From positions 1 to 64,000 of the forward strand of contig JBLWGC010000159.1 of NCBI GenBank assembly GCA_048772705.1: a stretch of 64,000 bases of DNA. The letters run 5' to 3'. Each line of letters starts with the position of its first letter. Position 1 is the stretch's first letter. The DNA comes from Leidyana gryllorum EB-2025a (taxonomy: Eukaryota > Protista > Apicomplexa). Below, piece after piece: positions 24,824 through 34,208 of this stretch. A model generated the notes under the pieces. The model was not told where the DNA came from. It searched no databases and saw nothing but the letters and a program-made list of their open reading frames with translations. Both the position numbers and the translations under genes were made by a program.

Positions 24824-25474
24824 ATGTGCAAGTGGTCAATCTGGTTTCTTTGCCTCCCAGGACTATGTTTGGGTGCGAGTCTCAAGGAGCTGAGTAGTCG
24901 TTCTGTTGGGCGGACAAAGCTTTCGTCAACACCAGAGCAGAATCAACTGATTTTCTTGGGTTTGATCAGTCGGTTCGCTACAATGGCCGAGACACAGGAT
25001 TTACGTCCGGATAGTTGGCCGCGTGGGAAGCAGGAACTGGCGGAAGGGCGTCCTTGGGGAGGGGATATAATTGCTGCTGGTATAGCCTCACGGGAGATTC
25101 AACACACGTTGGCAGGGCTTGAAAAGGCACATCAGCAGTTAGTAGCGTGGAATCCCCTGAAATCGCCTGCATTGCGACGCATAGCTCTCGATTTGGGTTT
25201 GTTCACACGTTCGTTGCGGGATTTAGCATTGCCCTATGGTACTGGACTGTATAGAACACTTAGGTTGGGGCTATTGATACTGGGATGTCTAGAAACTGGG
25301 CCAGCCCTAGATCACGAAGACGAAATGCGGCTCGACAAACTGGGTCGACAGCTGCTACAAGCTCACGCTTTCACCCGTTTACAGAATCCTCAAAGCCCCG
25401 GGGCTCACAGCAGCACATTTGAAGTAGTTTCGCTACTGAGGAAACTTGACAAAGTCTACATCGTCGCAAAGTAG
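24824..25474 (+). CDS. Secreted helical protein, unknown function
   Basis: Signal-like MCKWSIWFLCLPGLCLGA; Leu-rich 216-aa ORF. Confidence 0.55.
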   Translation: MCKWSIWFLCLPGLCLGASLKELSSRSVGRTKLSSTPEQNQLIFLGLISRFATMAETQDLRPDSWPRGKQELAEGRPWGGDIIAAGIASREIQHTLAGLEKAHQQLVAWNPLKSPALRRIALDLGLFTRSLRDLALPYGTGLYRTLRLGLLILGCLETGPALDHEDEMRLDKLGRQLLQAHAFTRLQNPQSPGAHSSTFEVVSLLRKLDKVYIVAK

Positions 25475-25525
25475 CAACAGACGACTTTAGGGTGGGAAAA
25501 AATTTGTTTCGCCATTCTACCCACA

Positions 25526-26332
25526 ATGTCTACTGTGCTCCAACATCTCCCACACTTGGCTTCTGCTCTGCTTCCGCTGCAGTCCTCGGGATGTGGGGTC
25601 CCGTGCGGGCTTATGGAATTCACTCCTCAGCAGTCAGTACCAACACCCGCTCCTCAAGCTATCTGGACAACTGCCGCACCCGCAAGCGTGATTCCTGTGG
25701 CGACTCCCCACGTGATGGCCGCCCCAGTGACCAAAGTGGCTCCCAAGCTCGAGACCACTCAGTCGCTGGCCGATATTGAAACTTGGCTCAAATATCTTCC
25801 CACCCTTTTCGAGGTCAAGATTGGCTCCCAGAAGAAGAGCTTCAAAGTTAGCTATTCGGCCCCTCAGTCTGAAACAGCTGCTGAACAACAACAGCCCGAG
25901 AACGTCATTGCTGCCAGTGTGTCTGTGTCCGAGGCCGCCGGCGATCACCTTCTTGCCGAAGCCCCCTCTGACGTCAATGACAACAACCATGTGCTCCCCG
26001 CTCCTGCGCCCATCATGGCACAGCTCCCCTTGACCATTGTGCAGATCTCTCCAGTGACCGCTGTGGCCCCAGCCGTTGCCCCAGAAGTGGCAGTTGCTGA
26101 GGTCGTCGCGTCGTCTTCTCAGGACGTGGTCAAGTCCGAGCCCGCGGTCGAGCGCTCAACTACTGATCTCATAGACCTTGCGTATCAGCTGGAGGCCACC
26201 ACCACCGCATTCGAAACCGGTTCAAGCACCGTCGTTGGTCCCACTACCACCAGTCAGTTCACTGATTCCACTCGGTTTGTGACTGTCGGCAACACCACCT
26301 CGTTCACCACCACCACCACCCCCAGCGCTTGA
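25526..26332 (+). CDS. Mucin-like Ala/Pro/Thr/Val-rich protein
   Basis: 268-aa low-complexity ORF with a poly-Thr tail and C-rich third codon positions like the well-expressed genes here. Confidence 0.65.
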   Translation: MSTVLQHLPHLASALLPLQSSGCGVPCGLMEFTPQQSVPTPAPQAIWTTAAPASVIPVATPHVMAAPVTKVAPKLETTQSLADIETWLKYLPTLFEVKIGSQKKSFKVSYSAPQSETAAEQQQPENVIAASVSVSEAAGDHLLAEAPSDVNDNNHVLPAPAPIMAQLPLTIVQISPVTAVAPAVAPEVAVAEVVASSSQDVVKSEPAVERSTTDLIDLAYQLEATTTAFETGSSTVVGPTTTSQFTDSTRFVTVGNTTSFTTTTTPSA

Positions 26333-26349
26333 AGAATTCGAGGTGCAAT

Positions 26350-27139
26350 ATGATGGTGCTCATCCAGATATGCTCGATTAGCTTTTTTCTTGTGCAATAT
26401 GTGCATTGCTTTGGGAGGCAACAACCAAAACTGATCGAAATAGCTTCCAGTATCATCACGCAGCCCGGGGCTCAGCATCCTGACCCGGACTTACCTCTGG
26501 CAACCATCTTGGGTATCGTTCGTCAGGTAAATAACGCGAATATCATCCGTGTCCACACATCATTAGCTCGGCCCATTGACGCCAACAACGGAACTGGCGT
26601 GGCACTGGGCCAATCAGGCCTTGAAGAAAGGCAAAGATGATCCAATCACGGCCAAAAACGTGTACTCTGTCATAGCAGTCGCACACGATCTGGACCACCT
26701 ATTGTATGGGCTCACAGAACACGTCTATCAGCTGTTGGCGGAACCCACCGCCACAGTCGATCAATATGCTAACCACATTCGGCGATACACCACGATAGCC
26801 AAACGAATAACCGACGCGCACCGTCGAGACGGAGAAAGTTTCAAGCATATGATCGACCTTCTGGACCGCATAGTCGTCAACGATTGTCCCGAAGCACCTG
26901 AATGGATCGACCAGATCCTCACCTTTCTGGTTTTATCGAGAATTCGGCTTCCCAGACCCCTCAGACCGGTGTGGGAGGTGGCCAGAGGAAACTACTATCC
27001 AACGCATTCGTGGCGCATAGCACAGTACGCGAACCTCATCTGGTTACATCATGGAGGAGAAAGCAATATCTGCACAGCCCGGCCCCGTGTGCCTTTTTAC
27101 GAAGCCAATCTCCGACTAAGAGATTGGAGAGCTCCGTAG
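26350..27139 (+). CDS. Secreted helical protein, one ~40-nt intron
   Basis: Signal MMVLIQICSISFFLVQYVHC; a GTAAAT...TAG intron joins ORF 26329-26640 in frame to ORF 26576-27139. Confidence 0.6.
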
Positions 27140-27499
27140 GGGGAGAAATTTGCTTTTCCCCATCCAGTGGCATTGACGTTGCTGGGAGCTTATTACTATT
27201 TCAGACCCTCGATCGAGGCAGAGGTATGTCGAGTTGGAAGCGGAAGTGGAATTGGAAGCGAAAGCACTCACTCACTCACTCACTCAGCGATCGCAGCGAG
27301 TTTGACGACCGAACGCTTATTTATTGTTTTGGATACCGACAAGACACAGACACAACAGACGTCTCACGTATATAGATTCAAGATGAAAGGATTTTGGTCT
27401 CCTTTCTGTTGATGGATAAATAGGTTTGGCGATATTTGTTTGTCTGGCAACAGTCTGCAGGGGACGGACGATTCGTCTTCCTATGCTTCTCCTCCTCAA

Positions 27500-28894
27500 T
27501 CAGACAAATCTCAAGGCGTTCTTGACACTGAAGCGCCTCTCGCGAACAAAGGTGGAAGGGCGAGTGTAGCCTTCTCCGGTGAAGCCAGCGACAGAAAAGG
27601 AAGTGAATCCTTCACCTTCAAAGGCGAGGCCGTTGTACAGAGAGCCGTTGAAGACAAAGTTTGAAGCGAGGATAGTATGGGGAGCAATTGACATACGATC
27701 AATGTTCTTAGTCCAGAGGGCAGCACTGTGCCGATAGGCGTGTTCTGCGACTGCGGCGTACTTTAGGGCCTCTTCGAACGATTTGACTCGGGCAACAGGC
27801 AGAACGGGCATAAGTTGTTCACTGAGAACCAACGCGTCGTCCGGGGCGACTTGTGCAATAGCGAGTCTGATGTCATCACTGACTCCCTTTTTGCCGATTT
27901 TCTCCAAAAGTGCGTTGATATTGTGGCCGACGAGCGAATTATCGATAGTTCCTTCTTGGCCATTGGGCACTTCGGCCCCTTTGAAGACGACTTTTTTGAT
28001 CGCTTTGATTTCGTCGGGACTCAAGATGATACATTTGTTCTTCTCGAATGCCTTGATGAGATCATCGGCTACGCTTTCAACCACGAATACCTCCTTCTCG
28101 TCGGAACAGATCATATTGTTGTCAAAAGAGGCTCCAGCCACAATGCCCTTAGCGGCGGCAGCGATATCGGCAGTCTCGTCCACAATCACCGGAGGATTGC
28201 CCGGTCCCGCGCAGAATGAACGTTTGCCGCTCTGGAGGGCCCTTTTGACCACAGCAGGGCCGCCCGTAATCAGATTCGCAGCTGTTCGGCTGTCACTCAT
28301 CAGAGCTGCGGCTCCTTCAATGGTGGGTTTCGATATCCCCGTGACCAGATTCGCAGGTCCGCCGGCCTTGATAATGGCTTGGTTCATTGCGCAGATGGCA
28401 CGACAAGTGCAATTTGCGGCTGCTGGATGGGGCTGGAACACCACCCCATTACCGCCTGCCGTTATAGTGATACTGTTATTGATCACAGTGGCGGTTGGAT
28501 TGGTCGTAGGTGTGATGGATGCAATCACACCAAAGGGGGCGAGCTCTATGATGCAGGCCCCATGGACACCAGTGTGAATGGTCGGTTGAAGGCTCTCAGC
28601 CCCGGGACTCTTCTGAGACACCAGGAGATTTTTGGTGATTTTGTCCTCATATCGACCTCTCCCAGTGTCGGACCACGCGGCCCACGCCAGATCCTCGCTG
28701 AACTTTTCTCCCGCACAACGCAAAGCCTTTCCGATCTTCACATGCAAGTCAGCTGGCGCTTTTGCCCACTCTTTCTGAGCTTTGGTGCAGGCCTCCACTG
28801 CCCCGTTGTAATCCTCGAACAAACAACTGGCCGCCTCCCCCGTGGGGAGGATATTCTCCATCTTTGCCGGATATTTCACAGCCTGAGGCTCCAT
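27500..28894 (-). CDS. eutE: CoA-acylating aldehyde dehydrogenase, EutE/PduP family
   Basis: PFGVIASITPTTNPT, QPHPAA, ITGGPAVV, AGPGNPPVIVDETAD, catalytic Cys in SFDNNMICSDEKE, EQLMPVLP, EHAYRHSA, GEGFTSF...TGEGYT; intronless. Confidence 0.93.
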   Translation of the reverse strand: MEPQAVKYPAKMENILPTGEAASCLFEDYNGAVEACTKAQKEWAKAPADLHVKIGKALRCAGEKFSEDLAWAAWSDTGRGRYEDKITKNLLVSQKSPGAESLQPTIHTGVHGACIIELAPFGVIASITPTTNPTATVINNSITITAGGNGVVFQPHPAAANCTCRAICAMNQAIIKAGGPANLVTGISKPTIEGAAALMSDSRTAANLITGGPAVVKRALQSGKRSFCAGPGNPPVIVDETADIAAAAKGIVAGASFDNNMICSDEKEVFVVESVADDLIKAFEKNKCIILSPDEIKAIKKVVFKGAEVPNGQEGTIDNSLVGHNINALLEKIGKKGVSDDIRLAIAQVAPDDALVLSEQLMPVLPVARVKSFEEALKYAAVAEHAYRHSAALWTKNIDRMSIAPHTILASNFVFNGSLYNGLAFEGEGFTSFSVAGFTGEGYTRPSTFVRERRFSVKNALRFV

Positions 28895-28947
28895 GGTCGT
28901 ACGTGCAACTGCACCCGCACGAACAATTAGCAGCGGTTCACACTACA

Positions 28948-30294
28948 CTAACTCAACCGTAACTTCTTCTTTGCCATGGCGGCTTCTCGCAACAGTGCCA
29001 TCGTCTGAGCCTCAAAGTCCTCATCGTCGTCCGAGATGTCGACAGGAATGGGAGGAGCAGACGCCGTTGGCGACGCTGCTGCTGCCGCGGGTGAAGGAGG
29101 AGCCTTCGTTTGGTTGCCATTCCGCGTAGTCGACGACAGTGTGCCGCTGGTTGCCGCAGATTTACGCAGTCGGCTCAGTATTGTTTCTGGAATGGGTCTG
29201 GAGGGGGCGGTTATGACTGGGGCACTCCGGGGCAGTGCGGGGTGGTCGTCAGCCTCATCCATAGCGGCGCTATTGGGTGTCAAAGAGCCATCAGCGTCAT
29301 CGTCGATGAGATGCTGGAGTTTGATTTGACGTTGGCGTTCTTCTTCCTTTCGCATCAGAGTCTCTTGTCTCTCCTTCAATAGACGTTCGAGTTCGGCGTC
29401 GTCGAGGGGTTCCATTTCGACGACCTCCGCTTGGCGTTTACGGCGTGGTTTCTTGATGAGTCTGGCACTAAAGACTATGCCTGGCCGCAGATTGAGGCGA
29501 CGCACATTTGCGTCGTCGCCTTCGAGCAGCGCCAAATGCATAGCCGCTTTCATCGCTTTGTTGGCACTCAGGAACTGCACTTGAGCAGACCCCTCTCGGG
29601 TTCCAATCCGTGCCATAGTCCACGGCTTGAAGTTCGAGAGGAGATCTCTCAAAACAGTCTCACTTTGGTCTCCCATCCCTCTTTCGAAGGGGTCCCAATG
29701 GATACGTAGAATATAATATGAATCCTCATCGACTTCTTTCTCTGTCTCTCTCTCTTTGGCTTTGGCGGCGGCTGCTTTCTCTTTGGTCAGGAGGACCTCT
29801 TTGTTAATTTCGGCATTACGACGGAACTGTTCGCGGCGAGCTTCGGCAGCTTCATATGCAGTTGGGCCTTTCCCCGGGGCGGATCGGAAATGTTCGCGCA
29901 AATAGTCAACATTTTGTTGAGGCCCGTGTTGCTGGGCTTCTCGCTCCCGTCGTCTCAACTCAGCGGCCAATCGCTGTTTCTCTAACGTCTGTTGCCGCGC
30001 CTTTACTTTTCTGCGATCCCGACTCAGAATCTCCTCATCGTACGCCCGCTGATTCTCTTCAGTCGATATCCATTCGAAAACAATCTGTAGTCGATTGAAT
30101 TTCAATTCTGCCTCGGGATCATCGGGATTCTTGTCTGGATGGAGGGCCAATGCCTGACGCCTGTAGGCCGTACGTATTGCTTTCTGGTCGTGAGCGTTGA
30201 CAACTTGACCCGTATTCACATCCAAATGGGGATTCCGCAAACCCAATACGCCATATATGTCATTGATACCTTCCGGTAGCTTGTAGGAGGACAT
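28948..30294 (-). CDS. J-domain protein, DNAJC17/Cwc23-like
   Basis: DIYGVLG...IRTAYRRQALALHPDKNPDD...RAYD, then a coiled coil and a degenerate RRM-like segment (ILRIHW...AQVQFLS). Confidence 0.8.
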   Translation of the reverse strand: MSSYKLPEGINDIYGVLGLRNPHLDVNTGQVVNAHDQKAIRTAYRRQALALHPDKNPDDPEAELKFNRLQIVFEWISTEENQRAYDEEILSRDRRKVKARQQTLEKQRLAAELRRREREAQQHGPQQNVDYLREHFRSAPGKGPTAYEAAEARREQFRRNAEINKEVLLTKEKAAAAKAKERETEKEVDEDSYYILRIHWDPFERGMGDQSETVLRDLLSNFKPWTMARIGTREGSAQVQFLSANKAMKAAMHLALLEGDDANVRRLNLRPGIVFSARLIKKPRRKRQAEVVEMEPLDDAELERLLKERQETLMRKEEERQRQIKLQHLIDDDADGSLTPNSAAMDEADDHPALPRSAPVITAPSRPIPETILSRLRKSAATSGTLSSTTRNGNQTKAPPSPAAAAASPTASAPPIPVDISDDDEDFEAQTMALLREAAMAKKKLRLS

Positions 30295-30333
30295 GCCCTT
30301 CGAAAACCTTCGCTCTCAAATATATTTTTCTAG

Positions 30334-31872
30334 CTACCAGGGTTCGATATCTCGAGGCTCTCCATCGTGCTTAGGCGACTTGGCCCCGCCTGCAGCACGA
30401 CTATCACCTCTCTGTTGCCGCCCGGCCAGTGGATCGTATACTGCCAACTGAAAAGGGAGAATTATCAATATATTGAGCCTGCCACACACACACGTCACTC
30501 TCACCGCATCACGTGCTGCGTCAAAGGCATATGCTGTTGATGAGTCAACTGCGAATCGCAATCCGTCACTATCCAACCAGTCACTTTTAGTCGTCTTTAG
30601 CCTCTTTCTAAAGTCCATCAGCTTTGCGACACCCTCCGCTTCTCTCTGTCTTCGACTCTTACTCTGCTTCTTGGCCTTCATTACTTCTCGCTTTCTCTCG
30701 TGCTCAGTCAGCAAATCCGCGTCTTGAACAGCCATGATATCCAACTCTTTCCTACGCTCGCTCCCGCCGTCTCCGGCTCGCAATTCTAACTTCTCTTTGA
30801 TCACTTTCGTACCCATAATCGTGGCCTCCTCCTCGTCCTCGTCCTCTCCTCCGTCGTCCTCCTTCCTTTTCTCCTTCTCGCTCTCCGCGACTCCTTCCCG
30901 CCGCTCTTCCTCTCCGGAGACGACTTTGGGTCCACCTGCGGCACCGCTTCCACTTTGCGCCTTGTTGGCAATACGTGCTTTGATGGAATCAATCTTCTCT
31001 TTTGTTCCTGGAACCGCTTCGGGAGTTTGGACCTGCCGCTGCGACAGACCAGCGCTGGCTCCCAGTACGTCGTGCGCACTCATGAAGCCTTTCGCTCTGA
31101 CCCCGGATTCTGGGCGACTGTCGCTTCGCAATTCAGCTCTACCCTCGTCCTCGCTATCCTCTTCATCGCCAAACGAGAGCAGCGCCTTATGAGCGTTCTC
31201 TTTGATCAGGGGGCGCTCAGAAGCCGCAGCCTTAGCCTTTTGCCCCTTCTCACCCTCTCCCTCTCCCTTTGCCGCCTCCGGAGGACGAGAAAAGTAAATG
31301 TCTCGAACGACGATATCGCTGAAAGGATTCACCACGACTTCCGCTCCTGTGATCCGCGGCGGATCGAACGGACGGTCGTCCTCGTCCACCTCCAGCTCCC
31401 CAATGCGGGTGACATTCCAAAGTGTTGGCCCCGTGACCTTGCCAAACAGCGTGTGTCTCCCATTCAGGCCATCAGCTCGGTCCAATGTGATAAAGAACTG
31501 GTTGGAACCCATACCATTCTCGCGAGACGCCACTCCCAACAGTCCTCGGTAACGGTATTTCAGACGGGAATGTAATTCACGCTTGAATCCATCGGGACCA
31601 AATGTGGTGTCTTCGTCTAGCCGCACAAAGTGAAGGCGTAGGATGTGTAGATACTTACCACCGGAACGGGGATCACCTGTTTGTATCAGGAACCCTTTGA
31701 TGATACGGTTGAACACGGATCCCACATAGTAGTTCTCCAGGCACAACTGAACGAAATTGCGACAAGCTTTTGGGCATTCCTTCGCCCACAGGTCTACTTC
31801 TATCGGTCCGAGGGTGGTTTTCAGAATGACGCGCCCTGAGGTTACGGGCTCGAGAGCGTAGACTTCAGACAT
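30334..31872 (-). CDS. CWC27: Spliceosomal cyclophilin CWC27
   Basis: MSEVYALEPVTSGRVILKT, LWAKECPKACRNFVQLCLENYY, ELHSRLKYRYRGL, NPFSDIVVR, LLSFGDEE, SAHDVL, VYDP. Confidence 0.92.
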   Translation of the reverse strand: MSEVYALEPVTSGRVILKTTLGPIEVDLWAKECPKACRNFVQLCLENYYVGSVFNRIIKGFLIQTGDPRSGGKYLHILRLHFVRLDEDTTFGPDGFKRELHSRLKYRYRGLLGVASRENGMGSNQFFITLDRADGLNGRHTLFGKVTGPTLWNVTRIGELEVDEDDRPFDPPRITGAEVVVNPFSDIVVRDIYFSRPPEAAKGEGEGEKGQKAKAAASERPLIKENAHKALLSFGDEEDSEDEGRAELRSDSRPESGVRAKGFMSAHDVLGASAGLSQRQVQTPEAVPGTKEKIDSIKARIANKAQSGSGAAGGPKVVSGEEERREGVAESEKEKRKEDDGGEDEDEEEATIMGTKVIKEKLELRAGDGGSERRKELDIMAVQDADLLTEHERKREVMKAKKQSKSRRQREAEGVAKLMDFRKRLKTTKSDWLDSDGLRFAVDSSTAYAFDAARDAVRVTCVCGRLNILIILPFQLAVYDPLAGRQQRGDSRAAGGAKSPKHDGEPRDIEPW

Positions 31873-32157
31873 GGTTTTTTTGGGCGCTTGGTGCTCCCCT
31901 GACACCCAGTCTGTAGGACGGACTGGCAGAGGAATATCAAAGTAGCTCGCCAAGCCTCATCTGCGAGTCAATCAACATAAGGGTAATTACAGCACAGCAT
32001 CATTGGTGCGGAGTGCTACTGGTCGAACTGTAACTGCTTTTGGGCACTCATGCCAGATTTGTGCGTGACAATCGTGTGCGTTGATGTAGCTGAGTGAGAC
32101 GGGTAGAGAGGGTGCTCCCACTCCCGCAACTGACACTGCCGGGAATAGGAATTCATT

Positions 32158-32461
32158 CCTGTCTTCTTTTTGGCCTAAAAGATTGGTCCATCAAAACAGG
32201 TGAGTTTGATATGCACTCCCACATTTGCAGCCGGGATACACGGTGTCACTGGTTGCCAAACGCCTTTCAGATGCCGAAAGGATCTCCATATGAACACCGA
32301 TTGTAGCCGTATGTCGGGCTGACGGTTGGGTGCAGTGTATTGCGTGACAGGTACAGTATATGTACTCCATATCTGCGCAAGACACAGCGGCTTACTGGTG
32401 GTGGCCCGTTGAGCGGAACTCGACTTTGGAACTCGAAGCCACTGGAGGTGCAAAGTTTTGA
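32158..32461 (+). CDS. Possible micro-exon gene, 3' part only
   Basis: Removing three candidate 27-37-nt GT..AG introns leaves a stop-free frame ending YCVTAAYWWWPVERNSTLELEATGGAKF*. No start or homology identified. Confidence 0.3.
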
Positions 32462-32632
32462 TCACAACTAGTAGCGATTATGGCTATCGCAAGAGGTTGG
32501 AGGGGTTAGGAGTTGAGGGTCGCAATCAGCGGTCGGCGACCCATCGTGAAAAGAGCGGGGCTAACTACTACTAATCGAATAAGCGACAACCCACGAATTG
32601 CGGGTGATGAAGAAAAAAAGCGTGAACGCACG

Positions 32633-33247
32633 TCAACAGAGGCCTCCGTGGTATCTCTTGGCAGCTTCGTCGGTCTGCATACCGGGGATGTAACAATGCT
32701 TTGGTAAATGGAGTTGGAGGTGTCGAACCCATTTGGGTACCGGACAGTTGAACGTGAGCGGAGCATGTTTGCAGCGGAATGTGAACATATCGAAAGCGGG
32801 AAACATCCTGAATTCCAGTCGCCACTGCAGATGCGAAACTGTCATTGGATGGTTTGGGTCGCGCATGACTTTCTGGCGACGTTTGGCTAATGCCCGTTGA
32901 TTTTCAGCATCTTCTAAGGTTCGGAACCGGTGGTGTTCCAGATCTCTAATCGTGGCGGCGAATTCGGCGGCGAATGCTGCATCCACTCCGACAGATTCCA
33001 ATTGGGCCTCAAGGAGCCCCCCCCCTATGGAACATTGTCCGTTGAGATCTTGTACAAGCGCGTAATCTTTGAGTGCCTCTACGGCCTCCTCAACAGAGGC
33101 AGCGCCGCGATTGAATAACCATCGGCGGGCTGCCTGACTCCGAAGACCTGATATGAGTGTGGAGACCTTTTGATGGTCCGCTGGCGTTTCGTTGGTATAA
33201 CGGTCTATATATGCCAGTTCTGATTCACCTGGCCCTTGAACAATCAT
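32633..33247 (-). CDS. Gag capsid CTD-like protein 2 (retroelement-derived)
   Basis: VQGPGESELAYIDRY (major-homology-region pattern Q-x3-E-x4-Y-x2-R), KVSTLISGLRSQAARRWL, ASVEEAVEA. Confidence 0.7.
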   Translation of the reverse strand: MIVQGPGESELAYIDRYTNETPADHQKVSTLISGLRSQAARRWLFNRGAASVEEAVEALKDYALVQDLNGQCSIGGGLLEAQLESVGVDAAFAAEFAATIRDLEHHRFRTLEDAENQRALAKRRQKVMRDPNHPMTVSHLQWRLEFRMFPAFDMFTFRCKHAPLTFNCPVPKWVRHLQLHLPKHCYIPGMQTDEAAKRYHGGLC

Positions 33248-33276
33248 CTAGCTCATAAAAAAAGGGCAAAAAAAAA

Positions 33277-34167
33277 TCAACGCGAGTTGTAGTGCAACTC
33301 CTCTGGAACGAACGCTTCGTTCGGGAAGTCGCCAAAGAATCGCATTCCGTGATCTTCAAGTTTGAATTTTTCTTGAAGTCGCTCCATCCATTGTGGAACA
33401 TCGCCGTCCAATCGAATGATTGTATTGAGGGGAACAAAATAGCCAATAGGCTCTGTTACCACTTCGTGCAAACCTATCAACAGACGAATACTGTTGGGAC
33501 GCAATTTGTGGTTGATCACAGCTTGAACTCGTTCTACACGCGCGTGCAGCTTGTATTCAGCCTCTGCTTCGCTGGCAAAACTGTGAGCGGCCAAATCAGA
33601 CAACAACGCGCCAAACTGATTCAACTCGCTATCTCGTATACCACTCGAACCCAATTTGCTCAAAAGGTATTCTCGCTTTTGAGAGGATGACGTCGTGAAA
33701 CAAAACTCTTTATGGGCTTGCAACGCGTCCGAAACACTGGCAGGTTTCCGCGCGTACACAAAATGTCGACATTGTGTCCCTCGGATGCCGCGAATGTAGG
33801 CCCGAACCACTTCAGCGGCATCTAAGGTGGGGGGTGGATCGGGCCCGGTGTGGGCATTCGCCAAAGCTGCGACAAATCTCAGGGCATAAGCAAAAGGCCC
33901 TTCACCAGCTTCTTGGCGAGTATGAGATGACGTCACAGCCGGAGCTCGCAGGGCTGGAGCCATAGCCTGTTCCAACAGGATTTCAGCAGCCCGTGTGGGG
34001 TCGTTCATCATTGTGATGTTGCTGATGTCATGTCCGAAACGGCGCTTGGCAGTGTCCGCCAGCAAGTTTAGTGCACCCAAAGAGGGTTGACTAAAGTTGC
34101 GGGGGATACCCTGATGCCTGTGGCCCGGAATCGCCACTCGCTTCTTCTCTTGAGGTTCCATTTCCAT
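33277..34167 (-). CDS. Gag capsid-like protein 1 (retroelement-derived)
   Basis: ALNLLADTAKRRF (NTD-like), RQEAGEGPFAYALRF (MHR), VVRAYIRGIRGTQCRHFV...KPASVSDALQ. First in-frame ATG at 34167. Confidence 0.72.
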   Translation of the reverse strand: MEMEPQEKKRVAIPGHRHQGIPRNFSQPSLGALNLLADTAKRRFGHDISNITMMNDPTRAAEILLEQAMAPALRAPAVTSSHTRQEAGEGPFAYALRFVAALANAHTGPDPPPTLDAAEVVRAYIRGIRGTQCRHFVYARKPASVSDALQAHKEFCFTTSSSQKREYLLSKLGSSGIRDSELNQFGALLSDLAAHSFASEAEAEYKLHARVERVQAVINHKLRPNSIRLLIGLHEVVTEPIGYFVPLNTIIRLDGDVPQWMERLQEKFKLEDHGMRFFGDFPNEAFVPEELHYNSR

Positions 34168-34208
34168 TTTTTTCAACCTTTCAGCCCCCTTTTTTAACAC
34201 TCATGTCC

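Noticed and set aside
27234-27286. GGAAGY-like hexamers and (CACT)n microsatellite
   Set aside because: Short simple repeats, probably intronic or intergenic; no functional evidence.
32380-32570. CGGCUUAC and GGGGCUAAC as RNase P/MRP CR-V motifs
   Set aside because: No upstream CR-I partner or P1 stem found.
33248-33281. Intron or ribosomal frameshift fusing the two Gag-like ORFs across the T-rich spacer
   Set aside because: The only nearby GT..AG splice gives an out-of-frame product, the T-runs lie after the stop, and an in-frame TAG precedes the second ATG.
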